From positions 1-24,330 of the forward strand of contig NW_021836349.1 in assembly GCF_006345805.1 (NCBI RefSeq): DNA of 24,330 nt. The letters are read 5' to 3'. Below the pieces are notes generated by a model. The model saw only the letters and a list, made by a program, of their open reading frames with translations, was not told where the DNA came from and made no database searches. This document shows positions 1 to 12,280 of the stretch, in pieces. Numbering within the stretch: position 1 is the first letter of the stretch; every line of letters begins with the position of its first letter. Position numbers and translations under genes: made by a program. This stretch comes from Octopus sinensis. Taxonomy: Eukaryota.

Positions 1-94
1 TTTCTTGCCAATGGAGAAAGAGCCGGTTTCGAAACCCGGGTCGAAGCTCCTTCATTGGACTTTAAACAACATCAATCGGATGTTCGTGCATTTA

Positions 95-627
95 TTGAGT
101 TGGTGCATAATCATTGCGGCTTTTTTTTTTTCAACAAGTTTTATTCAACGAAAACAATGACCACATGTAACAAAAACATCTTTAAATGATTATTCCGGAG
201 CATATTCACCATCTACTTCAATTACTGCTTCCCATTTGCTTGGCAGACGGTCAGACCGTCGTTTAAAGTTGTTTTTGTTAAATTCAACGAAAACAATAAC
301 AACATGTAACAAAAACATCTTTAAATGATTATTCCGGAGCATATTCACCATCTACTTCAATTACTGCTTCCCATTTGCTTGGCAGACGGTCAGACCGTCG
401 TTTAAAGATGTTTTTGTTAAATTCAACGAAAACAATAACAACATGTAACAAAAACATCTTTAAATGATTATTCCGGAGCATATTCACCATCTACTTCAAA
501 TTACTGCTTCCCATTTGCTTGGCAGACGGTCAGACCGTCGTTTAAAGATGTTTTTGTTAAATATTGTTATTGTTCTTGTTGAATAAAATTTGTGGAAAAA
601 AGCCGCAATAATTATGCACCAACCCAA
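95..627. mobile_element. Mariner-derived foldback MITE containing 3 tandem 139-bp units
   Basis: TIRs TTGAGTTGGTGCATAATCATTGCGGCTTTTTT (from 95) and AAAAAAGCCGCAATAATTATGCACCAACCCAA (to 627), flanked by TA (93-94, 628-629). Internal units start at 143, 282 and 421. The minus strand of each unit encodes DRLPSKWEAVIEVDGEYAPE*, resembling a mariner transposase C-terminus. Confidence 0.85.
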
Positions 628-782
628 TAACCCAATAAATATTTGTGCAAGTTTTTGGAGTTCGTGTATGCGAAGAGTTGAATAGTTTGTTTTACTTATG
701 ACTTATCATATATATAGTTGCATGTCTAGACACCTGTATTCTTTCATTCTTTTATTCTTTGATTTGTACCTGTCATTTTGCC

Positions 783-1108
783 TGCCTTTAGTCGAACAAA
801 TCGACCCGAGGACTTATTCTTTGTAAGCCTAGTACTTATTCTATCGGGTCATTTTTTTGGGACGTAAACACACCAACAGCGGTTGTTAAGCGATTGTGGT
901 GCTGGCACAAACACAGGTACACACACATACACATGTACATATACAGAGGGCTTCTTTCAGTTTCCATCTGCCAAATCCACTCACAAGGCTTTGGTCGAAC
1001 CAAGGCTATAGTAGAAGACACTTGCCCAAGGTGCCACACAGTGGGACTGAACCTGGAACAATGTGGTTGGGAAGTCAAGCTTCTTACCACACAGCCGCTC
1101 CCGTGCCT
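783..1108 (-). mobile_element. tRNA-derived SINE (family D), CORE-like segment
   Basis: The minus strand begins AGGCACGGGAGCGGCTGTGTGGTAAG (A-box-like) ... GGTTCAGTCCCAC (B-box-like) ... GGCACCTTGGGCAAGTGTCTT (MIR/CORE-like). Homologous copies lie at 14680-15193 and 16538-17130. Confidence 0.75.
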
Positions 1109-1319
1109 GTATATATAAATATATGCTAAACTTTTGGCAAGTTTTACATATTTTGATAGTTCCATTGATGGCTTGTAACTGTAATCCTCTAATTAGCTGT
1201 CTTCCTTCCTGTTTTAAGAACCCGTATTTCTGCAAGGGTGGCACTGGGGGAGATGGCTACATTACCGAGTGTCCTCACAATCGCGGGTATATGTGTAAAC
1301 TCGTAATCAGGGTGGAATC

Positions 1320-2570
<1,251 letters not shown>

Positions 2571-2725
2571 ATAAATGTATTTCGTGGGTGGGGGCAAGGA
2601 ATTTTGCCAATAATTATTTCTAGTTTCGGTACAAGGTTAGCAATTTTTGAGAGGCGGGGTAAGTCGATTACACAGCCACACCTGCACCTATACATAGAAA
2701 CATATATACATATATATTTACATAT

Positions 2726-3052
2726 ATGCTTAGCGGCATTTCGTCTGTCTTTACGTTCTGAGTTCAAATTCCGCCGAGGTCGACTTTGCCTTTCGTCCTT
2801 TCGGGGTCTATAAATAAAGTACCAGTTACGTACTGGGGTCGATCTAACCGACTGGCCCCTTCCCACAAATTTCGCATCTTGTGCCTAGAGTAGAAAAGAA
2901 TATTTTCATATTCTTTAAACTCTTAAGGAGGTCGACCTTGCCTTTCATCCTTTCGGAGTTGATAAATTAAGTACCAGTTGCATACTGGGGTCGATCTAAT
3001 CGACTGGCTTTGCCCCCAAAATGTCGGTCCTTGTGCCTAGAATAGAAATGAG
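2726..3052 (+). mobile_element. Two 5'-truncated copies of tRNA-derived SINE family C
   Basis: GAGTTCAAATTCC B-box followed by GTCGACTTTGCCTTTC(A/G)TCCTTTCGGGGTC...AAGTACCAGTT...CTGGGGTCGATCTAA...CTTGTGCCTAGA. A second partial copy starts near 2928. Confidence 0.75.
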
Positions 3053-3131
3053 TATTGTTCACCTGTTTACATAATGCGCATTTCATTATCACCCGTTCCT
3101 CGAATTTTTGAAACAGCTGTAACGATGTATA

Positions 3132-3860
3132 CAAGGTCTGATCAAAAAGTATCGAGACAGGTGCTATGAGAAGAAAACTATAACACACTAGCAGTATCGC
3201 CCGGCGTTGCTCGGGTTTGTAAGGGAAATAACTATATAAGCATTTTTAGAGAGTTACTTCCCTTATAGATGCCAATTCGGGCTTTCTTAGCCATTTCTGT
3301 TTTGGTGTCTTCAAGCCATGAAGTCGTTGTTCTAAAAGAACGTTGGTCTCCTTGACAACGCTTTACGACGTTGATTTCCTTAAACTCCCTTCCCCACAGC
3401 TTCACGAGGGAGGGAAGAAGGGGGAGAAGCAAACACAGGTGCAGGTGTTTGAGCGTGGACGCCAACTCCGCCGCCATCGACACACGAAAAATTATGCATT
3501 AAAATGGAATAAAAATTGATGTTAAATTATTTTTAAAATCGTAGACTCATCGTAGACGCGCGCTAATAGCCAGACGGGCTCGATATTAATCACGACTATA
3601 AGATACCCGAATTTGGTTAAACTGCACCGCAAAATGTGGGAGGAGTTAGGAATCTAAATCGAAGGGGACAGACACTCACACAACTACAGTTTTATATATA
3701 AAGATATCATTTCGGTAATTAATCTCCTTCGAAGAAGTCTCAAGCTGAAGCCACTTACTTTATCCAGCATAGTTTCCATTGATGGAAGCCTTCCTGGAAA
3801 TTCTCTTTTGGGACAGTAAGGCAGCTGCCTTGTCTCATTCTCTTGGGTATCTTTGACATC
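3132..3860 (-). mobile_element. Mariner 3' remnant (transposase C-terminus plus TIR) interrupted by a Helitron
   Basis: Minus strand 3718-3830 reads VPKENFQEGFHQWKLCWIK*VASA*DFFEGD*, the decayed mariner-type C-terminal GDYFEGD motif. A TIR-like CAAGGTCTGATCAAAAAGTATCGAGAC follows TA at 3130-3131. Confidence 0.7.
3188..3704 (-). mobile_element. Non-autonomous Helitron
   Basis: On the minus strand: 5' A|TCTTTATATATAAAAC, 3' hairpin CCCGAGCAACGCCGGG followed by CTAG|T. No TSD. Confidence 0.8.
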
Positions 3861-4187
3861 TTGAAATCATGTTCCTTTATAAATTTGAAAGATTCTTGGC
3901 CGTAATAACCTTTAAGCCGTGCCTCTTTCCCCGCACACATTCACGCGCACACAGAAACTCAAATTTTCTGTGCCACGGTCACTGATGGAAACGTGGTGTG
4001 TGGTGGAACTCTACAGACTTTATTCCCAAGCATTGCAATAAACAACAGAAGTGACCGAGGACATTATATCTTGCACATCAAGGTCAAATTGTGCCAAATT
4101 CTGCCTACTTTAGCTTCGTTACCATAGCAAGTTCCAATATATTTTTGAGAAGACCTTGTACTTACATCCTTGAATATATGTGCAACA

Positions 4188-4585
4188 TCTTTATATATAA
4201 AAGTCAAGTTGTGTGTCTGTCTCCTACGATTTAGAATCCTAACTACTCCCACATTTTGCGGTGCAGTGTAACCAAAAGCGGGTATCTTATAGTCGTGATT
4301 CATATCGAGCCCTTCTGGGTATTAGCGCGCGTCTACGATGAGTCTACGATTTAAAAAAAAAATTACCATAATTTTTTTCCATTTTAATGCATTTTATTCG
4401 CTATTATATAAGGGAAGTAACTCTCTAAAAATGTCTACGATGAGTCAACGATTTAAAAAAAATTTACCATAATTTTTTTTTCCATTTTTAATGCATTTTT
4501 TGCTATCTTTTGGCTATAACTCTCTAAAAATGCTTATATAGTTATTTCCCTTACAAACCCGAGCAACGCCGGGCGTTACTGCTAG
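4188..4585 (+). mobile_element. Non-autonomous Helitron (same family as 3188-3704)
   Basis: 5' A|TCTTTATATATAAAAG, 3' CCCGAGCAACGCCGGG-CGTTACTG-CTAG|T. About 70 nt of the 3' end is nearly identical to the inverted copy. Confidence 0.8.
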
Positions 4586-4839
4586 TTTCAAATAAATGAA
4601 TTCTTATACTTATGGTTTGTACATCTTTCCTTTATATCATTCGTTCAAACTTTGTCTTTCTTTTAGTCAAGGCATTCACTTCTTTAGCCCCTCAAGGAAT
4701 CTGAGTTTAAGCCTTCGGTCAGTCTGAGCGCTAATTTGGTGCTTGCTCTTCCCATCCTTGAAGACTCAAAGCTTCCCATACACCCCTAGTATATATACAT
4801 AATATTTTTGAAATTTCTATATCTCGTTCATGCGATAGA

Positions 4840-4856
4840 TGTACACACACACACAC

Positions 4857-4902
<46 letters not shown>

Positions 4903-5004
4903 TATATATATTATATATATATATATATATATAATATATATCTATGTATATATATATATAGATATATATATGTATATATATATACACATGCATATATACA
5001 CATG

Positions 5005-5046
<42 letters not shown>

Positions 5047-5092
5047 ATATATACACATGTATATTTACATATGTATATATATATATATACAC

Positions 5093-5135
<43 letters not shown>

Positions 5136-5187
5136 TACACACACCACACACACACACACACACACCACACAGACATATATATATATA
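4840..5187. repeat. (TA)n/(CA)n compound microsatellite
   Basis: Directly visible. Confidence 0.95.
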
Positions 5188-5240
5188 TTGGGTTGAGGAA
5201 TTTTCTTCAAATTTATTTTAAACAAAAATCCAACAACAAA

Positions 5241-6366
5241 TTAATCAATAATATACTCTCCGTTGCTGTTTGCGACTTCCTCCCATCGTTCAATAAGTTC
5301 CTCGGTGCCTCGGCCATAAAAACCTCCCGGTCTTGACACCCAAAATTCGTCCGCGCAGGTCCTCAATTCCACGTCATTATCGAGCGATACACCGCGCAAA
5401 GCGTTCGAAAGCGGCCGAAAGAGATAAAAATCTGACGGTGCCAAGTCTGGATAATATGGAGGATGAGGCAGCACTTCCCAGTTGAGTTCTTGAATCGCAG
5501 CTTTGATCATATTGGCGATGTGAGGATGGGAGTTGTCGTGTTGCAGAAGAACGCCATTTCGCCAATTTGATCTTTTTTGCTGAAATGCTTCGTTGAGTCG
5601 ATGCAGTTGTTGAACGTAGAGCTTCGCATTGAGCTTTTGGTTGCGCTCAAACAGTTCGTAATGAATTATGTCTTCCCGGTCCCATCATACACATAGTATT
5701 GTCCTTCAAAGATGAAGGTTTTGTTTTGCTCGCAGAATCGCTTATTTGTCGGGCTGAGCCATTCTTTTCGTTGCTTCATACTGACGTAAAAGCACCATTT
5801 TTCATCGCCGGTGGCAATGCGGTAAAGAAAACGTTGTTTGTGACCATGTGTTGAGCGACGTCGAGCGAGCAAAGCGGCGGCGATTGTAGAGCGATGATTT
5901 TGGTTGTTTTCGCTCAAAGTATGTGGCACCCAAGCACCGAGTTTTTGAACCTTGCTCATTGAATGAAGATGGTTCACCACAGTTTTTTTTTTATTAGAAT
6001 CCATCTGCTCGGCCAATTCTCTGGTCGTTTGACGTGGATTTTCGTGAAGAAGTTGATTCAATCACTGTTCATCGAACTCAATTGGTTAATCGGTGTGTGA
6101 TCCGTCCTTAAGGTCAAAATATCCTATTTTCGAAGCGCAAAGACCAACGGTGGGCGGTACTTTGAGGCATTGCTCCTTCTCCATACAGAGCACAAATCTC
6201 ACGATAAGCGTCGGCGCCCTGAAACCCTCGATTAAACGCAAAAAGCAAATGGCGGCCTTAACACCTCGATTAAATGCAAAAAGCAAATGGCGGCCCTAAC
6301 ACCTCGATTAAACGCAAAGAGCAAATAATGTCGAAAAGGCTCAGTTTTGTCCATTTGACATTCCAT
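5241..6366 (-). pseudogene. Mariner (DD34D) transposase pseudogene, frameshifted
   Basis: ATG at 6366 (MECQMDKTEPFRHYLLF), WVPHTL, TGDEKW, HDN (about 5532-5540), PHPPYYPDLAPSDF and C-terminal NGEYIID* at 5241, spread over several frames. A 38-bp internal tandem duplication lies at 6226-6330. A TIR-like TA|TTGGGTTGAGGAA starts at 5188; the other TIR was not found. Confidence 0.92.
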
Positions 6367-6798
6367 TTTAAAGATCTGAAAATACACAAAAATCAATGAA
6401 ATTTTAAAAATCAAAACAGTCCTGTTTAGCGAAAAAATTCTCTTTTAAATAACTTAAAGCATTTTGCCAATGCGTTTTATTTCTGTGTGCATGTTTCTTC
6501 CTTCTTTGACGTTACCTTCTTCTTTTGAGCTTCTTGCCGTGATGTAGGTTTATCTTGGCCCTTAGACAGCAGGAGGTCAAGTTGTTTCTTAAAAACATTT
6601 ACCCCCTACTCCATGTTTTAGCAAGGCGTTAAATAGATATGAGCTCTTGATTTCCAAGCTATTGCAACGCATGGCCCTCTCTCAAGACAGGATGGGTGGG
6701 ACTTTTGGGAAAAGAGCAGTGATGTCCAACTCAGGTGCTGCTATAACTCTCGAAGTCACAGTTTGGTGACTACCCCTCTAAGATATTCCATACACACA

Positions 6799-6852
<54 letters not shown>

Positions 6853-6862
6853 TATATATAAG

Positions 6863-7186
6863 GGCACTCCGTTGGTTACGACGACGAGGGTCCCAGCTGA
6901 TACTATCAACCGAACAGCTTGCTCGTGAAATTAATGCGCAAGTGGCTGAGTACTCCACAGACATGTGTACCCTTAACGTAGTTCTAAGGGAGATTCAGCC
7001 TGATACAGCGTGTGACAAGGCTGGCCCTTTTTTGAAATACAGGTACATCTCATTTTTGCCAGCTGAGTTGACTGGAGCAACGTGAAAAATAAAGTGTCTT
7101 GCTCAAGGACACAACACACCACCAGGAATTGAACTCATGACCTTATGATCATGAGCCGAATGCCCTAACCACTAAGTCACGCGCCT
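6863..7186 (-). mobile_element. tRNA-derived CORE-type SINE (head B, tail X)
   Basis: Minus strand AGGCGCGTGACTTAGTGGTTAGG...GAGTTCAATTCC...TTGTGTCCTTGAGCAAGACAC...CTCCAGTCAACTCAGCTGGCAAAAAATGAG. The 3' tail is shared with 10946-11132. Confidence 0.8.
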
Positions 7187-7257
7187 TGACACACACACAC
7201 ACACCACACACACACACACACCACACACATATATATATATATACATACATACATACA

Positions 7258-7293
<36 letters not shown>

Positions 7294-7519
7294 TACATAC
7301 ATACACACATATATATACATACATACATACATAAATGCATACATACATATATACATGCATATATATGCATGTATATATATATATTTTACAGTTTGTTTGA
7401 GGGCTAAATCTACATACAATATAGTTCCTATCAGTGCAGGGGGTTCTATTAAAAGGGTAGCTTCTACCGAATAGGGATTTGATAGGGTTACCTGCCCTTT
7501 CTATAACCTTAATCCTTAG

Positions 7520-8205
7520 CTTAAGTTAGTCTAAGGACCTTCTAAAGCCGTACGCCAGTTTGCCTCTAGGGGTGGTGTCGATGAACATAACGCTCTGGTA
7601 TTTGTGGCTATCACACCATGAGTTGGCCTTCCCTATTTTCTTATTAGTCCTTTCAATGGCATTCCATGATTTGCTCCTATAGAGTGGACAATTCCTATTG
7701 TTACGTATGATAGTTTCAAATTTCCTCATGGCTCCTTTATATACTCTGATCCTTTTTCTATGGTTGTATCCCGAGAACTGCATGCGGTGAACGAAGTGTT
7801 GTATGTGTCTCTTTAACGCTCTGCAGGGTCACACATGCGGCACTCATTTCTCATTACCCTGATGAGATCTGCCATTAATATATTGAATTTGGCATTGTCC
7901 GCCACAGCTGAGTTCCAGTGGATCATGTATTTGGAGGCCATAAATTTAGCAAAGTGTGAATGGAGGATTTGGGTTTTATTATTCACAGTTTCCAGCGAGG
8001 GTTCTGTATCTAGTACTTGTAGTCTATGGTTAGGGTGTTTCGTCGGGTAGTCTATCGTAACCTTAATACTCTGGTGGATGGAGTTAGCTATTTGCTGGAT
8101 GCTCTCCACAGTATTAGTTTCTATTTCTATTTCAAGAGTACTCTCTTGTGGGGGTGTCTTTACCCACTATGTTGATATCATCGATATAGCGAGAGAACAT
8201 ATTTA
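7520..8205 (-). mobile_element. Penelope-like retroelement reverse transcriptase fragment (decayed)
   Basis: Minus strand about 8200-8160 reads MFSRYIDDINIVG (YxDD). Downstream it reads IANSIHQSIKVTIDYP...LQVLD, HWNSA...KFNIL, SGY...R and PLYRSKSW, the RT/thumb order typical of Penelope-like elements. Stops and frameshifts are present. Confidence 0.75.
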
Positions 8206-8207
8206 TG

Positions 8208-8377
8208 AGTATCAGACGGGAAGATATCAGAGGGAAAATATCAGACGAGAAGATATCAGACGATAGGATATCAGAGGGGAAGATATCAGAGGGGAAGTTA
8301 TCAGATGGGAAGATATCAGACGGGAAGATATCAGAGGGGAAGTTATAAGACGAGAAGATATCATACGGGTGATATCA
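8208..8377. repeat. 15-bp minisatellite, about 11.5 copies, consensus GATATCAGA(C/G)GGGAA
   Basis: Unit starts at 8208, 8223, 8237, 8252, 8267, 8282, 8297, 8312, 8327, 8342, 8357 and 8371 (partial). Confidence 0.9.
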
Positions 8378-8449
8378 CACAAGGAGCTTCGTTGTTTTTT
8401 TTTTATTTTGTATTAGTTTTGTTTCTTTATATATAATTATTTTTACACC

Positions 8450-8551
8450 ATGATTTTCTTGCTCTTATTTCGATTATTCAGCTTGGAAATGCTGCGATAT
8501 TAAAGGACGCGAACTCTGACAACCTGGATGAGCTTTTAATTGAATTAGAAC
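8450..8551 (+). CDS. VWA gene first identified coding exon: signal peptide and acidic propeptide
   Basis: Strong donor C|GTAAGT at 8551/8552. The frame reads FLALISIIQLGNAAILKDANSDNLDELLIELE. The ATG at 8450 (ACACCATGA) is one base out of frame, so it needs one extra T in the T4 run. Alternatively the exon starts at acceptor TTCAG|8482. Confidence 0.65.
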
Positions 8552-8690
8552 GTAAGTTGAATAATTTTTTCTTTTATTCTTCTACTTGCTTCAATCGTTA
8601 GATCGCGACCACGCTGGGGCACCGCCATGAAGAATTTCTAGTCGAATAAATCGACACTTATTTTGTTATTTTGTTAAAAGCCTAGTACTT

Positions 8691-9245
8691 AGGCGGCGAG
8701 TTGGCAGAGTGGTTAGCACGCCGAGCGAAATGCTTAGCAGTATTTCGTCTGCTATTACGTTCTGAGTTCAAAATCCGTCGAGGTCGACTTTGCCTTTCAT
8801 CCTTTCGGGGTCGATAAATTAAGTACCAATTACGCAATGGGGTCGGTATAATCGACTTAATCCGTTTGTCTGTCCTTGTTTGTCCCCTCTGCGTTTAGCC
8901 CCTTGTGGGTAGTAAAGAAATAGGTATTTCGTCTGCTGTTACGTTCTAAGTTCAAATTCCGTCGAGGTCGACTTTGCTTTTCATCCTTTCGGGGTCGATA
9001 AATTAAGTACCAATTACGCAATGGGGTCGGTATAATCGACTTAATCCGTTTGTCTGTCCTTGTTTGTCCCCTCTGCGTTTAGCCCCTTGTGGGTAGTAAA
9101 GAAACAGGTATTTCGTCTGCCGTTACGTTCTTAGTTCAAATTCCGCCGAGGTCGACTTTACCTTTCATCCTTTCGGGGTCGATAAATTAAGTACCAGTGA
9201 AACACTGGGGTTCATGAAATGCACTTAATTCCCTACCCAAGCTGC
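8691..9245 (+). mobile_element. SINE family C multimer: one tRNA head plus three bodies at 184-bp spacing
   Basis: Head GGCGGCGAGTTGGCAGAGTGGTTAGC. TATTTCGTCTG recurs at 8741, 8925 and 9109. Confidence 0.85.
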
Positions 9246-9426
9246 CCTTGTGGCAAAAATTTGAAATCATCATCATCATCATTATTTTTATCATTGCTGT
9301 TATTGTTGTGGTCGTTCTTGTTGTGATCATCGTCGTTTTTAAGCGCAATTGCGTGACTTCCAGCATTCTTATTCTGTCTCCCCACTGTTTCCATATAATT
9401 TATTAACTTATTTTTTCTTTTGTTAG

Positions 9427-9471
9427 GAAAACGAAGTAACGACGTTATAGAAGATGATGTTCTGGCTAAAA
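9427..9471 (+). CDS. VWA gene micro-exon (45 nt, phase 1-1): (R)KRSNDVIEDDVLAK
   Basis: Pyrimidine tract and TTAG acceptor, A|GTAAGT donor. Open in frame with both flanking exons and creates the RKR basic site. Confidence 0.75.
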
Positions 9472-9636
9472 GTAAGTGCACACCAACTCCGCATTTGTCT
9501 CTCTTTGGCTTTCTTGTCCAAGAATTTAATCATTGATCCAAAATATTTTTCGATTATAGGGAATATCGCCATAAACATTTTTGCCGTAAGAAGCGTTACC
9601 GTATTCACAATAACAGAGCTAATTGTATAAGCATTA

Positions 9637-10035
9637 TCTCTCTCTATATAAACGGCAGTTTGTCTGTCTGTGTGTCTGTCAGGTTGTACCCTCACCCTGA
9701 CCACGGCTTTCAACCGATTCTGATGAAACTTGACGCACACATAGCCAAATGTCATAATTCAAAACTAACGCAGCGAAAATTTTGAAAAGTTCCCCCAGTT
9801 CTGACAAAAATCGATAAATTCGACATGGGGTCCTGATCTAAGCTTTTTATATGCAACACATTTTCTGTCGGGAGACAGCTAGGAACATCGTATACATAGA
9901 AGTATTCGAGTGAAGAGAAGACATTGCAACCTACACATGCGCCTTCGTTCCCTAGAGGGAAAGAACTAGATTGGGATTAGTCGTTGCCTACTAGGGGCTC
10001 TTAAATACCCGGGCAACGCCGGGCTATGCTGCTAG
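9637..10035 (+). mobile_element. Non-autonomous Helitron, first unit of a tandem
   Basis: A|TCTCTCTCTATATAAACGG start, hairpin CCCGG-GCAACG-CCGGG (10008-10023), CTAG end (10032-10035). Confidence 0.85.
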
Positions 10036-10416
10036 TCTCTCTCTATATAAACGGCAGTTTATCTGTGCGTGTTTCTGTGTGTCTGTTTGCTTGTACCCTC
10101 ACCCTGACCACGGCTTTCAACCGATTCTGATGAAACTTGACACACACATAGCCCAATGTCATAATTCAAAACTAACGCAGCGAAAATTTTGAAAAGTTCC
10201 CCCAGTTCTGAAAAAAATCGATAAATTCGACATGGGGTCGACAATCAGAAACACGAACCACAAACTGTCTAGGGGACGCAACTCCACTTTTTTAACTAAA
10301 AAAAAAATTTACCATCATTTTTTTCCATTTTTTTGCTATTTTTTGGCTATAACTCTCTAAAAATGCTTTATAGTTATTTCCCTTACAAACTGAGCAACGC
10401 CGGGCGATACTGCTAG
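10036..10416 (+). mobile_element. Non-autonomous Helitron, second unit of the tandem (chimeric)
   Basis: Starts with TCTCTCTCTATATAAACGG immediately after the first CTAG. Its 5' ~200 nt match unit 1 and its 3' end matches the 4188-4585 family. Ends GAGCAACGCCGGGCGATACTG-CTAG|T. Confidence 0.85.
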
Positions 10417-10629
10417 TTTAAAATAAAAACAAAAAAAAAGGTTTCATAAATGCATTAAATTAAAAATGTCTTTATTCAATGTCTTTATTCAAAGTCTTGA
10501 GTAACGAAAAGGAAGCAGATTCAGAATATTTTCTGAGAATATACACTTTCAAGTCTTCTTCAGAATTGCAGTCGTTTGAAACGAAATGTTCGGCAAGTTC
10601 TGTCGAACTACTGTTATTGTGTATGAAGT

Positions 10630-11132
10630 GGAGGTGTAATGGCCCAGTGGTTAGGGCAGCGGACTCGCGGTCGTAGGATCGCGGTTTCGATTCCCAGACC
10701 GGGGCGTTGTGAGTGTTTATTGAGCGAAAACACCTAAAGCTCCACGAGGCTCCGGAAGGGGATGGTGGTGATCCCTGCTGTACTCTTTCACCACAACTTT
10801 CTCTCACTCTTACTTCCTGTTTCTGTTGTGAGTATTTATTGAGCGAAAACACCTAAAGCTCCACGAGGCTCCGGCAGGGGATGGTGGTGATCCCTGCTGT
10901 ACTCTTTCACCACAACTTTCTCTCACTCTTACTTCCTGTTTCTGTTGTACCTGTATTTCAAAGGGGCCGGCCTTGTCACTCTCTGTGTCACGCTGAATAT
11001 CCCCGAGAACTGCGTTAAGGGTACACGTGTCTGGGGAGTGCTCAGCCACTTACACGTTAATTTCACGAGCAGGCTGTTCCGTTGATTGATTCGGATCAAC
11101 CGGAACCCTCGTCGTCGTAACCGATGGAGTGC
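10630..11132 (+). mobile_element. tRNA-derived SINE (head A, tail X) with internal 119-bp duplication
   Basis: TGGCCCAGTGG A-box and GGTTTCGATTCC B-box. GTTGTGAGT...GTTTCT is duplicated at 10706 and 10825. An inverted homologue lies at 19301-19650. Confidence 0.85.
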
Positions 11133-11559
11133 TTCCATCCATCCATGGTGTATGAGGAGAAACATTTTTGCCGGTTATTAACATCACGCCCAAGAAAAAT
11201 GAATGAAATGGCAGGAGAATATCATCAAATTTGTACAAAACTGTTTGATTGAATCTTCTTTTTCTTTCCTTTTTTCTCTCGCTTCTTTTCTGCCATTTTC
11301 TTTTCGCCTGTTATAAAATTGAAACTTAAAGACTGATGGTGTCGTTCCATCAACGCGTGGACGTTGGTTGCTCTCGTTCATACTTTACATTTAAATTTCT
11401 ATAATTTTGAATGTTTATCACTTTTTATTTTGAACTCGACAAAGACAGACTTACTGTCTTTCAACCAATAAAAGATCTTTTACAATCGCTTCGTGCTCTT
11501 CGTCTTGTCTGTTTACTTTTGTGAAGAGTTACGTCAATCCTTTAAGAATATTATTATTA

Positions 11560-11602
<43 letters not shown>

Positions 11603-12155
11603 GAGTGAGAGAGCAGTGAATGCCATCAAAGTGACACTGGGGTGATATATACGAAGCCCAGTATACCCATCATGACTACCCGTCTGATAAGGATACACTA
11701 GGCACATGCATCACAACCATATGTGCGCGACATGGTGATCTCATATCAAGATAAACAGCACATGACCTTGCAGGTGGGACCCAGTTAGAATTTCCTCTGG
11801 TCGAGTAACCCATCCCGCTCAAAAGGTCCCTCAATAAGGGTTGTTTAAGGATGTTGAACGAAACACCCATGTTTCCAGAGGTGAATTATTCAAACCCCAA
11901 AGAATCCCTCTCAACACATGGCTATGATGCTCCCTCAATACTACTGTTCATGATCAGAGATGCACATATCGTCAGCCACCAAGGGACATGCTCAACTGGT
12001 TAAGGTCAAACAACTGACAATCAAATCTGTGGTATTGAGCAGAATATTTGCTGTAGCTCATCTTTTATACCAAGACAAAACAATGTACATGATAACACTT
12101 CCAATCAGTTAAGATCAGAAGCCACGAGATCCACTGTCTGGTACTGCATCAGGGC

Positions 12156-12160
<5 letters not shown>
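11603..12160. mobile_element. Unclassified repeat-like segment embedded between (ATT)n arrays
   Basis: About 560 bp of complex sequence with abrupt (ATT)n on both sides and no convincing ORF. It may be the UTR or a non-autonomous derivative of a TAA-targeting retroelement (inference). Confidence 0.4.
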
Positions 12161-12208
<48 letters not shown>

Positions 12209-12215
12209 TATTATT

Positions 12216-12280
<65 letters not shown>

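Noticed and set aside
3188-4585. Single large TIR transposon with 70-bp inverted repeats
   Set aside because: No TSD is present, and each arm has independent Helitron termini (A|TC, hairpin-CTAG|T).
4590-4800. Possible upstream signal-peptide exon (MVCTSFLYII...)
   Set aside because: There is no convincing donor in a compatible phase and the hydrophobicity is explained by AT-rich composition.
5241-6366. Active or domesticated mariner transposase
   Set aside because: It has multiple frameshifts, an internal 38-bp duplication and only one recognisable TIR.
8208-8377. CRISPR-like array
   Set aside because: The units are directly tandem with no unique spacers, the context is eukaryotic and there are no cas genes. 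The same applies to the 139-bp and 184-bp repeats.
10630-10705. Functional tRNA gene (also heads at 7186, 8691, 15511, 20210)
   Set aside because: A and B boxes are present but the cloverleaf is incomplete and each runs into a shared SINE body.
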